A stretch of DNA of 62,066 bases, counting the filler, from Choristocarpus tenellus KU-1152 (Eukaryota > Protista > Phaeophyceae), in assembly GCA_964200185.2 (NCBI GenBank). It is 8 parts of 8 records of this genome, joined end to end, with 100 filler letters (N's around TTAATTAATTAA, not from the genome) between each part and the next. Parts side by side here need not be neighbours in the genome. Positions count along the whole stretch, not along the records: positions 32,807 to 50,397 come from CAXNAD020000658.1; positions 50,498 to 62,066 come from CAXNAD020002243.1; 6 more parts are not named here. One strand, given 5' to 3'. This document shows, piece after piece, positions 39,960 to 51,019 of this stretch. Made by a program: the position numbers and the translations under genes. The notes beneath the pieces were generated by a model. The model worked only from the letters and a program-made list of their open reading frames with translations. It was not told the DNA's origin and made no database searches. Position 1 is the first letter of the stretch, and every line of letters begins with the position of its first letter.

Positions 39960-41709
39960 GTAGGGCATTCCAATTATGTGACGCTTGGACAATCCCATAC
40001 AATTATTTTTGTAGCTTCCCAACCACCCCATCGAATTCAGATACCACTCCCTCTGGCAGCTCTATATACAGGTCTTCCTACAGGTCTGCATTTGTGAAAG
40101 CCCTCACTGCATCAGCCATATTTAGGTCCCATCCCAACTGTGCAGTCAGTGCAAGCATCATTCGCAGGCTTGACATTTGTGCTGTTGGTGCAATTTTTTC
40201 ATGCCAATCGATTACAGGTTGTTGTCGGAATCCTTGTACCACCAGTCTTGCTTTCCAGCGCTCCACCAATCCCACTTAATTAACCTTCCTCGAAAAACTG
40301 AATTTAATTTTCAAGACATTCGCCTTAGTTGGCCTAGGAGCCTGCACCCGTGTGCCATGAGAAATTTACCCATCGATCTCAGCATATATAGCCTCAAGCC
40401 ACTCCTTGGACCCCGAGACTTAAGTGCTTCCTTCACAGTTAGAGGTACAGGGAGTAACTCACTAGCCAGAGTATCCCCTGGCCAACCCAGTCCAAATTGG
40501 TCGCCAATCATCTCATCCTCCTTGTGTCTTACCAAGTGGGCTGTTCGACTAGTTGTTCTCTCCTCCGTACCAGAGGAGTTTGTGGCGGTCCCACGTTGTA
40601 CTCACGGAGCTGAGACAGCATCCTGGGTTCAGAGGATTGTGTGTGCCTTCCCGACCCAAGCCTCCACTCCTCTGCCGCGGAAGTGATATAATCCTGTTCC
40701 CATCGATTTGTACAGAAATCCGTGTTCCAGACTCCAATTGTACAGTAGGACCCGACCCCAATGGCTCTTCTTCAGCAATACCTGACCCCAGTTGCTCCCC
40801 TGCATTAATGCCTTCCACCATACCCTCCGACAATAGTCCAGGTTCTTCATCGCTAGAATCCCCAGGTGTCATTTCTCCACCCAATGGTAAAAATCCTTCC
40901 CCCCTCCGTAGTGGCAACCCTGAAGATTGATGTCGGGTGTCATCATGCAGGTTACTATCCCACATAGACTCCCAACTGATGTATCTTCTCGTCACGAGTC
41001 TCCCTGAACGTGGCAGCAGTATTCGCTAAGTATGGGGAGGGTATTGGTTATGAGGTGCAGCACCCATCATGTAACAAGGTTCAGCACGGGCTGAAGACTT
41101 TGTAGGTCGGTTGTCAATGCGAGCATAACCACGGCTACCCCAAATTGGAAGTTGCGTAACATCAGCAGGACGTCCGTGCCATAACTCCCATGGAGTTACC
41201 CAGCCTTCATTCACAGGCGTTGGTGCCATGTTGGTGAGATCATTGGCATGTGACAATGCCTCCGCCCACAAGGTCCCATCATCTTCCAATTCTCGCACCA
41301 TATTGCAGTACCAGTGACTTCTCCCACCCCAAGGCAATTCTCCTTTCTACCAACCCGTTGTATTGAGGCACACCGGGCACAGTATGCTCGTGTCAAATGC
41401 CGTACCTTTCAAGCATCAACTGAAATGCGGCCCCAGTAAATTCCGTCCCACAGTCCGTCCGTACAGTTTGATCTCCACCTCAGCAGGCTTCACCATATCA
41501 ACCAAGAATCTCTCAAATGCAGACGATGTCGTTGTATCACTCTTGGTTTCTGAGTAATACCCAACACTCATTTGAGTGTAGTAATCCACCACAAACATCG
41601 CACAGTAATGCCCCTTCCCCTTACTGGGTTGTTCTTTCGGTCCAGTCAAGTCCACATAAACACGTACTCCCCTTACCGAAGCCCTATTCTCTGTCCCCTT
41701 TGGAATTGG

Positions 41710-41889
41710 ATACCGATGTGACTGGGGGGGTAGGGGGGGATCTACACCAGGTGTCCATTTGGACCATAATCAGGAAAAGTGTACTTACATTGATCCATCT
41801 GATGTATGCAACCAAATCAACAAAAATCGCGACATGAAAAAATTGACCCCAAATAGAGAGCCGCCACCCCCCACCAGATACTTAAAGTC
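41710..41889 (-). mobile_element. MITE family B copy nested in the copia pre-integrase region
   Basis: Reverse-complement homolog of 12340-12524; separates CQGCSLGKG from PIPKG...VYVDLTGP. Confidence 0.85.
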
Positions 41890-41985
41890 TGTCCCTTACC
41901 GAGTGAGCAACCTTGACAAAATGGTCCCCACGTCCCAGTCAGTAAAATATTATGGGCAGAAGCGTATTTCCTTACCATCCCCTAA

Positions 41986-42428
41986 TGGTACAGGCGCCCA
42001 TCAATGCTCACCTTCCCAGGATGCACAAGTCAAGTCCAATTCAAAGATTATCAAACGTCAGCTCAGCAGAACAGGGGTACTCCCAAATGAATCAATCATT
42101 ATAAAAAATATGTATAAAGTTTGGTATCAGATAAGAGAGTGAGCTATGTGGGTCTTCTTAGGTCAGAAGAACTGAGCTGATTTGAGCCGTTTTTAGGAAC
42201 TCTAATCATCATTTACCGTTTGGGGTTTATCCGCGTTTACAAATACTGGCATATATCTGAGAACCCTTTCCGACCATCCATCCGTGACCCTCTGCAATAC
42301 CCAAGTTACAATTTATTCTGCAACTTTTAGGCAAATCGGAGTTCCCCCTTTTGGGGTTCCCCGCGCGCTTATACTGCTCGCGCTGGTTAAAACGCGGGAA
42401 GAAATATTCACACTATTCGCCTGTAACA
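41986..42428. mobile_element. Second, diverged member of the TGTTACAGGCG family nested in the same copia
   Basis: TGGTACAGGCG...CGCCTGTAACA; flanks CCTAA/CCTAT; shares terminal ~45 bp and TTTATTCTGCAACTTT with 39448-39959. Confidence 0.8.
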
Positions 42429-45400
42429 CCTATGTACATGACCTAGTTGTACATGTAGTTCATTGACATCCATCGACGCAGTTTTGGGGGTCAAGAGAAT
42501 TCTTGGTGTGCTAAAAACAGGTGTTGCATCAGTGCTAGGGACATTTGTAGAGTCTGAGCCATTCATCACATTCACTCTGTGCATCCCTAGGGAGAATAAT
42601 TCCTCCTCCCCCAATGACATGAAGGTGAGATTTCGTTCCCTATTGTCCCTAAACGTTGAGATTCTAGTGGAGTCGACAGACCGGAAACTGTGATCATCTC
42701 GCAGAATATAAGTTTACACCCAGATCAGGCACCACAACTGCATTAGTGAATACAGCGGTCTTCAGTTTACCACTTAGAACACATTCCAATTTGACGTCCC
42801 CCTTCCCCACAATGTCAAGTGTTCCACCACCACCAACTTCAACTATTCCATCACAAGATTCCCAAATTTCTTTGCAGACATGCAAAGCTTTGATGACCTA
42901 ATTCCCCGCATATTAAGTATGTAATACCCCCTTTAGTCATGTTCTGCTTCTTGATTTGTGGGCACTTGGATCAGAAGTGAGGTCCGCCTCATTCCCAACA
43001 ATCAGGTTTCCCCCCAGTGCGTCTGGATTGCCGTCCTGCCACCAGTGCGCCAGCTCTCACCTCAGGCGATTCTGTCCCCTTTTGAATGGACGGCAGTTGA
43101 TGTTTCTTCAGGACTAACTTCTCGAGTTTTATCCACCCCTCTGCCGAATCGTCATCATCTATCTGGGACAAGATATCCAGATACTCTTCCCGGATGAATT
43201 TTGTAGCCAACCCACTTGATCATCCTCTATCACCGAACCTCCTAGGCTCTTCAACTCCATTATAAGAGCCTCCTGTCTTTTTATGATGTCAGCAGGATCT
43301 CCCCCGGGTTCCACCATCATGTCCATCAATTGCCGTTTCACGAGGTTTCTCTCCATTTGACTGGAATAAGCACAGTTCTTGATAAGTGTGGCAAACGCCT
43401 TGCTTGGAGATTCGTACATTATAACGATGTCCAAAGCAGGTCCAGCTGTCGCCTCCTGAAGTGCATTAATTGCGTAAGTCGTCGCATGGTGAAGATACGG
43501 GTCCATACCTGTCAAGGAATAATCCAATGACAATACCCTCAGGTGTTCCTTCGTTACCAGTGGCTCCTTCCATCTCGATAAGAGAGCATGTGTAAGAAAC
43601 ACTTTGCTCCGCTTCCTCCACGTTCCTAGTTCCCCTTGAACGCAAGTTGTTTGAAGGAGTATTGTTTTAACTTAGGTACAAATACGGGTCTAGCCCCCAT
43701 GGCCACCATATCTCTAGTCCCAACCCCAACCTCGCCCCCTTGCGTGGCTGATGTCCCATCTCAAATCTCACCCCCCCAACGGGTCATTGACAGTTCTTCA
43801 ACTCCGTCATCAATTTGAGTTCAGGCTTTAATCAGATCTCGATCTGGGCACCATCTTGTTTGTCTTGACTCCTTCCCAGTGACAGCTAAAATCCAAATAT
43901 ATTAACTACGCAAGTATGCTTAATAGCATGTAAAGCTGTCCTTGACGATCTGTTGTCCCACACAACTAGTTATTATGTTATTGTCTATTAGCTTGTAACA
44001 CAGGTGAGAAGAGAGTGAGACACCATCACTAGTTTCCTTACAGTAAATGACTCAGATTATCAAACGACTCGACAGTTCTCTAGCACACGTCAGAAATACT
44101 CCGACTCTAACACTCCGCCAATTGCTTCTGGTCAAATACCCCGCCTAAATATCCTTAATGTCCCGCATCATCGTCTGTGCGTACATAAAATGGTACTTCG
44201 AATCTTATTCTCACAAATGATGAACCATAATCTAGACACAGTCGCCTCCCCCCCCTGGGTGAGCTAAAAATAAAAGTCTTATTTTCTTAAGTGGGCAAAC
44301 CATTTAGAGGGCTGAGGGATGTCAACAATCCCTGCTAAAGACAAAAGGATTCAAACCTATAAATGACCATCCTGGGTATTCACATCAATTAATCTTTTTG
44401 AGGGTATGGTGAAAAAAAGCTTGAAGATGAAAAACGAGGTGCATGGGGATCTTTTTCCATTATAATCTCAACAACAGGGATAAGGCCATGATCACTCCTT
44501 ACACATGTATATGGACATACCAAAATATCCATTTGAGTGTGTTTTTTTTTATGTGCGCACAACAAGACAAGAGAAAAACGTCAATGACCTAGCAGGGAAG
44601 TCATCTATCCATGTATTAATGTCTGGTAAATGTCTTACTCTACTGTACAGTTGTTATTTTCTTGTGGTCTGATTATGTGATGTGGAGTGTGATGGTGCAG
44701 GATGTGGTGTGATCATTGACAACCACAAAATCCTCAAAAAATAACAAGTATGAAAAAAAAAATCACACACACACAAATATATATAATTGGAATTATATGG
44801 AATATAAAAATAATATTCTACTGTATATACTAATACAAAAAATATATATATCGACACTTTATCCCAGTCAATTTTGGGTCAAGCCCATCCTCAATGAAAA
44901 GCTCCATCCTCAATTTTTGAAATCGGCTGTTATACATCTGCTATTTGTACAACGTACTTTTATGTTACTATTGACATTTTTTCCTCACTATAAGTATGGA
45001 ATTTCTCCACCGCCTCCACCCTACCCAGCGTATTGACCCGTGTTCAGATAGTAGTGCACACTGCACTACTTCCTCTACCCTACCAACCACCTGTTGCACA
45101 ACAACTAGTCGCACTACGCGTTGGGTTCAAGTGTCCACTCGTCATTCCTCCTCCTCCCTCAAGTTTGGTGTGTCCAAAATGAGTCTTTGACCGCGATCCA
45201 GATCTTTTAGCATATGCCTTTTTATTATTTAGCGCAAGGTATAGTAAGGTACATCTACACCATCTCAATACGCTTGCCACATCGTCCATCAAAGTAAAAT
45301 TTCCTCCAAAAGGAAATCTGGGTTCTTCAAGCTGGGTTCAAACCTGAACACACCTCCCGTGACAGACTGTAGGCGGACACGGACACCACATGGACAAGCT

Positions 45401-45787
45401 CACATTATGTCTTATGTATACAACTACTGTTCAGTTTCTCTTCTTTGTATTAGGTGTAGAGTTAACCAACTCCAGGTGAGGCAATAGACCCTGCTTACCT
45501 TGTGGCCTACTTCTACCTCTCAGTTCTTTCTGCAAATAATCCTAACACAATGATCAACATATGATCCAACTTTCAGTATTCCAGATTATGACATCCACAA
45601 CTGTTCTGTACACGTGATCTTCCCAACCAATTCTTCTACAACAACACTTTCTATATTTCGAATTGCATATCAAATCGAGGTACTACACTCTCAATACTTC
45701 TTTGTCATATACTATGTCATATCTCCGAAGTATCAAACACAAACCTCAGGGTAATTCCTGATGACGTACTTTACGTTACGGTTTCTG

Positions 45788-46095
45788 TTTCATCCTTAAT
45801 ATTATTATTATTATGCCCTCTGACATTTTGCAGATGTGTCAGGGGGAAAACCAATGCCTTAATAGTATTAAAAAACTTCCAAATTTGGGTACGGTACCTA
45901 GGTTGGCGGCATAGGAAGGGAGTGGTGTGGGATAGCTGGTAGTCAAATAGTAAATAGATTTTTGAGAGATATCTTTAACAATTACGACAACTGTTACTTT
46001 TATAGGGGTTCTTATGAGATTGAATTTGACTTTTCATTGTTTTTCCCTTGACACATTAGCAAAATGTCAGAGGACATAATATTATGAGATGGAGA
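45788..46095. mobile_element. AT-rich foldback/MITE-like element with ~50-60 bp imperfect inverted repeats
   Basis: TATGCCCTCTGACATTTTGCAGATGTGTCAGGGGGAAAACCAATG versus CATTGTTTTTCCCTTGACACATTAGCAAAATGTCAGAGGACATA; related inverted motifs near 36241 and 36633. Confidence 0.65.
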
Positions 46096-46452
46096 ATGTT
46101 ATTAATAATAAAGGTGTGGCAGTTCTGGGATTATCACGGTACGATACAGTAGCGATCGCTGTCGTCAAAATCATGGAGAACAGTGGGTTACCGTCCAAAT
46201 ACTGCATTCATTATCACGGTAGGAATTACCTTGACAAGTCTTGCATATGGGGAGTGAGTAAGTGAAGGCTGATTTTTTTTGTCAGCGACAGACTTTATGT
46301 CTGCATTTGAAGTTGTGTAATGTCTTGTGATCCTGTTGAGCAATGGGAGTAACGATATAAGGAATTTGGTAGCAAAGATAGGATTTTGGGGGTATTTCCT
46401 GTGAAACTTGGAGATTTTTGTTTGGCGGACTGAGGATGGTCCAAAATGAGGA

Positions 46453-46710
46453 GAGTCAAAGTATAGTTGAGGGTAGTCCCGCGTCCATTTGAGGACCAAA
46501 TCCAATGTTCCGATTTTGATGCAATTTTGGCTATCGTGTTTGTTACGAGGTATCAATATCCTTGTTCCCGACACACCTTTTCATAACGTATATATTTTAC
46601 CTACTCTGAAACATTTCGGAGTAGGAAAAGTGTCATCAAAAACCCGTGGGAAGCCAAGCCCCAAACGGACAAACAGGGCAAAACTCGTACCCTCTAGGTT
46701 ACTTTCACTC
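46453..46710 (+). mobile_element. MITE family A copy
   Basis: Both TIRs; 3-bp flank duplication GGA. Confidence 0.93.
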
Positions 46711-48358
46711 GGAACAACAAAAATATGCAGTCCCTATTCCTATGGATGACAAAAATGGTCCACTGTTTGAGTCACATACGTGCCCTTCACTATCCCTGAT
46801 GCAATTGTCGACAAAACAACGATAGGTGCGCACAAGCTGCTTAACACAAAATAGTATGTATATATATACTACTAAAATCCCCCCCTTATTCTATCAAGCA
46901 ACATGCAAACAGAACATAACTTCCAGATGCATTCATCAATCGAGAAGAGGCTCTGCTCCCCCCCGTATAACAGCTGCTTTGAAACTACAAGGATGAAACG
47001 ATTGTAGTTCTCCAGGATTGACTTTGTTGGGATTCACACATCTGTTGCTTCCCTTCGTGTAGAGGGGGCAAAACAAGACGAACAACTCAGTCACTAGTAG
47101 ACCCCACTGTTAAACCTCTAGAACCTCAGGTTTGAAGGTTTGCAAGGCTTTCCTCTCTCGGGTGTTATGTGGGATGAGATAATTAAGCTTAGGGTTAGGC
47201 AGTGAAACAGTCGCGCAGGTCAGATACACTACAGTAGACCCAATCCAGGCCCTACGGCTACACTACCGAATCAAAATCTCAACAAGAATAAACTCCTTAA
47301 ACTCTTTGGTGTTCAATCCTACTCTAGAACGATTGATACGGAGGATTTTGCTATACTGACAGCTTGGTACCATGTTTCTGTCAAGCCATAGTGTGGTGTC
47401 ATGTTTCAATATTGTGATGTTGTCATGACTTCAACGTGTAAGCGAATGTGATGGAGTTTCCAGGAAACAAAGACTTCCTGATGGATCTGTAAAATCAGTC
47501 TCTGTTACCCGTGGCCGAGGGTGTCGAAAAGTTCTCCTGCAGGTATTGAGAGAGAAGGCCCTCACCAATGAAGTCCACAGATTCCTTTCCCAGGCCGGTG
47601 AGGAATGCACTGGGGACAGTGCCATGCACTGTTCCAAATATTGTGGGAAACCTATCCCTTACTTGGACCCAACTTGGCAACTCCTCTACCCATTACATAT
47701 TTACACCTATGAATACTGTTTCACTTTCCTCTAACCACGCGATTGAGACCTTGTTGTATGTAGACCAATCCTTCTACCAACTCGTGTTCTCTCTGTCAGA
47801 CCACACACTCTCCTGCACGGCCAGCAGACATCTTACAATGAAATATATACCCAGTCTCCAGTCCAATATTTCCCCAGTCTCGAATCTCCAGAATAAATCA
47901 AATACAGGGTGCTCAAGATTTGTTGAACATCCAGTCTACAGTCTACAGTCTACAGTCTACAGTTATGAAGGGTATGGAGTAGGTGCTTGGGAATAATAAA
48001 AGGCATCACCCACCAACTAAACCCTTCTAAAAAAAGAAATAATGGGTTGTGGAGAGGAATCAGTGAAGGTCTTCATGATAAACCTGTTGTAACCTGTGAT
48101 CTTTATTCGATGAAATTCCAGATTTTGGAGTCGGTAATCCATATCTTCAATTTAAAAATAGATCCCGGCTATGCCAATTTGTCTCAGTAACTACACAAGT
48201 GGTACTGTCTAGACCTGTCATACGTTTTAAGCTGGAGTCACCTGGGAGATGGGCACGGAGGGGTTTGTTGGATTCTTGGGATGCCTCCCCAGCTCCTCAC
48301 CCTGGGGTACAGGAATAGGTAGATTGGAGGCACAGGAAGGCAGTGCTAGAACATAGAA

Positions 48359-49580
48359 TAGTGGTACCAGTAGCTTCGCTCTCTGAGGTTGTCCCGTCAT
48401 AACGTTTGACGTAGACATCAAAATAAATAAATAAAAGCATATTCGTGATGCACGCCACAAGGCCTTCCAGAGTACGGGCTTCGTTTTTTTCTCCTTCTTT
48501 TCCTTCTCTTGAAGAAAGAGCGCTCGTATTGGGGTTCGAACCCGGGATTGTAGGTCACCAAAAGTGGCAACAGATGCACTATTACTTGATTAAACTATAG
48601 GGTTTAGATGGGAAAAAAGCCTCCCCAACTTTTCTTCCTGTGTCTTTGCTCACCCACTCTTCGACTTCGCCAAGAATTTCATCGTCGAGGCCCTGAACGA
48701 AACGCCTCTCGTAGCACCCTTGCTCCGACACCTTGACGTGGCCCTTAGCTAGGAAGTCTCTCTCCCATTTACTCACAGTTTCCGACCTGACAATCGCATA
48801 TCCTGCTGCCATCTCGAGAGCTGTTTGATGGTCTTTCCCGTCGTTCATATACAGAATTCCGAGTGTTAGAGCCTTTACTATCTCATTTCCTCATCGAGCA
48901 CCGGAAATGGGCATCGTCCGTGTTTCCTGGGTGGGTGATATTTTATCAATGCGCAAGGGCGAGGGAGGACAGGCTTGAGTTGATCGAAAATTGTGCTGAT
49001 TTCTCGATGAATGCAGGCGGGGAGAAAGGCTCAATCAACTTTATACGTCCAGCCCTAAGTCCAGGAATAGAAGTAAGTGAATGTATAGCATCTTGCAAGA
49101 AGTGGGAGACACCAAACCATTGGTGTGCAAATGGTCTCAATCTCATCTTCTGTTCTTCCCTGGTGTCCTCGTCGATGGCTACCTCCACCTGCTTCGCGAC
49201 CTCTTCTAAGTAAAGAATTTGGTGGTATCAAAAAGTCTCCACAACTGCCTTTGTTACGATCGCTTTCTCCTCCGCTTTGCGAGCCCTTTCGACCTTCATT
49301 CGGGCTTCAGAACCCTTGTAGTCCAACCCTAACACCTTCTTTCTCGTTTCCTTAAGCTGCTCCGACTTGCATAGCTTCCAAACAGTCAGGGCCTCCTGCA
49401 ACTGTCAACTACTAAGATATTCTACATCCAGGTTTTTGCTTAGGCGTTTCCTGAGCGCAATAGTACGCAGTCGCACTGCACTATTCCCCAACCTTCCTTC
49501 CAGGCGGCCACCCCAGTTCTCCCTTCACCCACTGTGACCGGGCTTCCCCACAGTCTCGTCACTGTACCACCTGGTGATGA
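48359..49580 (-). repeat. Dispersed repeat with decayed ORFs, probably a DNA-transposon remnant; second copy at 54517-55307
   Basis: Collinear similarity between the two loci; this copy has extra segments at ~48477-48530 and ~48918-49300; truncated by the LTR at 49582. Confidence 0.75.
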
Positions 49581-49581
49581 A

Positions 49582-50397
49582 TGTACAAAATAGGACAATA
49601 GTGAGGTGCACCTTATTTTGTGTATGAGAGATTTAACTAATGAGATAGTGCATCCGGGTTATGAATGGGATTACGTATGAGTTATTATTCTGCATTCAAC
49701 TACTTTGACATAATAGTTGACTTACGTATGAGACAAATAATGATAAACAAGCAATAGAAGACACCCCACAAAGGTTTCTCTTCTAATCTCAACCATGTAA
49801 TCACGTTCAGCAATGGGGAGTCGTGTGAGGCTTCACACCTTTTTGTCTTCACTACTGAGAAATAGCATTACCTCCCAAGGTAAATTCACAGGTTCTGATC
49901 CTTAGTAGTATGGAGAAAAGGAGCAGGTGATGGGCCAACTGGACTGGAGCACCAGCACGACCAGTGGAGACTGGGACAACATGGAGATTATCTCTGGTGG
50001 TTTATGCCAGCGAAAGGGTCTGTAAGACATTCTGTGGCGAAAATACGTCGTCCTGAACTCACGGAGACACTAACGGAAAAGGAACGAACTTTGCACTGGA
50101 ACAACAAAAGAGGAACCAATGAAGGATGCATGGAGGAGTAGATCCCCGTGCAGCTCGTCACAAGACCCATTATAAGCTACACGAAGCTGAAACGGGCAAT
50201 ACTCTCATCATCGTCATACCAACAAAGTGGACCTGCACCTTCGATAAAAATGGGAAGCTGGAGGCTAAGGAGACATGGGATATGATATGATTGAAAACGA
50301 GCAAGAACTGGAGGTTAAGGGGGATACTTTGGGTACCTGGTATGCCATGCCGAATATTGAGCACTGGGACCCTGTGACAAGACGACGGAGATTATCG
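49582..50397 (+). mobile_element. Copia-type 5' LTR (49582-49890), PBS-like site and decayed downstream region
   Basis: TG...CA homolog of solo LTR 21831-22145, immediately followed by GGTTCTGATCC. Confidence 0.75.
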
Positions 50398-50702
50398 NNN
50401 NNNNNNNNNNNNNNNNNNNNNNNNNNNNNNNNNNNNNNNNNTTAATTAATTAANNNNNNNNNNNNNNNNNNNNNNNNNNNNNNNNNNNNNNNNNNNNCCG
50501 GTGATTCTCTTCGCCACCCTTGCCTGAGTGAACCACGCCGCCACAGAATCACACGATTCACAACTGCAAAGATTTCATCATTTCCATCTGAAGGCGAATC
50601 ATGACGTTTATTAGGACTTGAAGGCGATAATGCATGGAGCAGGTGAGCGACGAGCAACTACTAGTCTTTGAAGTCTTACAAGTAACAATAGGAAGTTTTC
50701 AG

Positions 50703-51019
50703 GAAAGAGGTGGGGGAATACTCGTACTACCCCCATTATTTCCGGAAAATTGGGATCTGCACATGGGAAATATTGAATCGTTTCTCCTGTTTAACGACTA
50801 CCTTCTCCCAATGCCATGAAGCAGTACCGTTCCAGTTGTTGGGAGGTGCGATCGACAAAGAATCCCTGGATGTCCTCTTCCGTTCCACGCGTGGAACGTC
50901 GTGGAATCAAAAGGACGGGTGGGAAAGTGATAATCGCAATCTGGGTGCACGACATGGCCTGATGGTGAACTCAGAAGGCTGCGTGGTGCGACTCGATCTG
51001 TCCAATAACAACCTTAAGG
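50703..51019 (+). CDS. Exon encoding the N-terminal cap and first repeat of a leucine-rich-repeat protein
   Basis: DKESLDVLFRSTRGTSWNQKDGW...HGLMVNSEGCVVRLDLSNNNLKG ending at a phase-1 donor G|GTAAG; a further LRR-like stretch (SISNLERIHVNQNNLS) at ~52185-52234; 5' boundary tentative. Confidence 0.75.

Larger units (their letters stand above)
37918..44238 (-). mobile_element. Complete but degenerate Ty1/copia LTR retrotransposon. 5' LTR 43929-44238, 3' LTR 37918-38244.
   Basis: TG...CA LTR pair, 5-bp TSD CAGTC/CAGTC, PPT next to 38245. Domain order: gag (43159-43602), protease region (VVVPDLGVNLYS), pre-integrase (LHVQLGH), integrase (VDLTGP...FVVDYYT; LWAEALSHA), RT (WKARLVVQGFRQ; LIHIDDML), RNase H (IGYADAEYA). 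Multiple stops and frameshifts. Confidence 0.95.

Noticed and set aside
42122-42131. TGGTATCAGA, a canonical tRNA-iMet PBS motif on the plus strand
   Set aside because: It lies inside the 443-bp nested element, is not preceded by an LTR ending in CA and is not followed by gag; probably chance
48529-48606. Functional tRNA gene
   Set aside because: Acceptor and T stems do not pair fully; kept only as a tRNA-like segment among the findings
7270-50497. TTAATTAATTAA palindrome repeated seven times, and ORFs ending in ...XXXLIN
   Set aside because: Artificial contig linker, not biology. It also means adjacency across these gaps is unverified.
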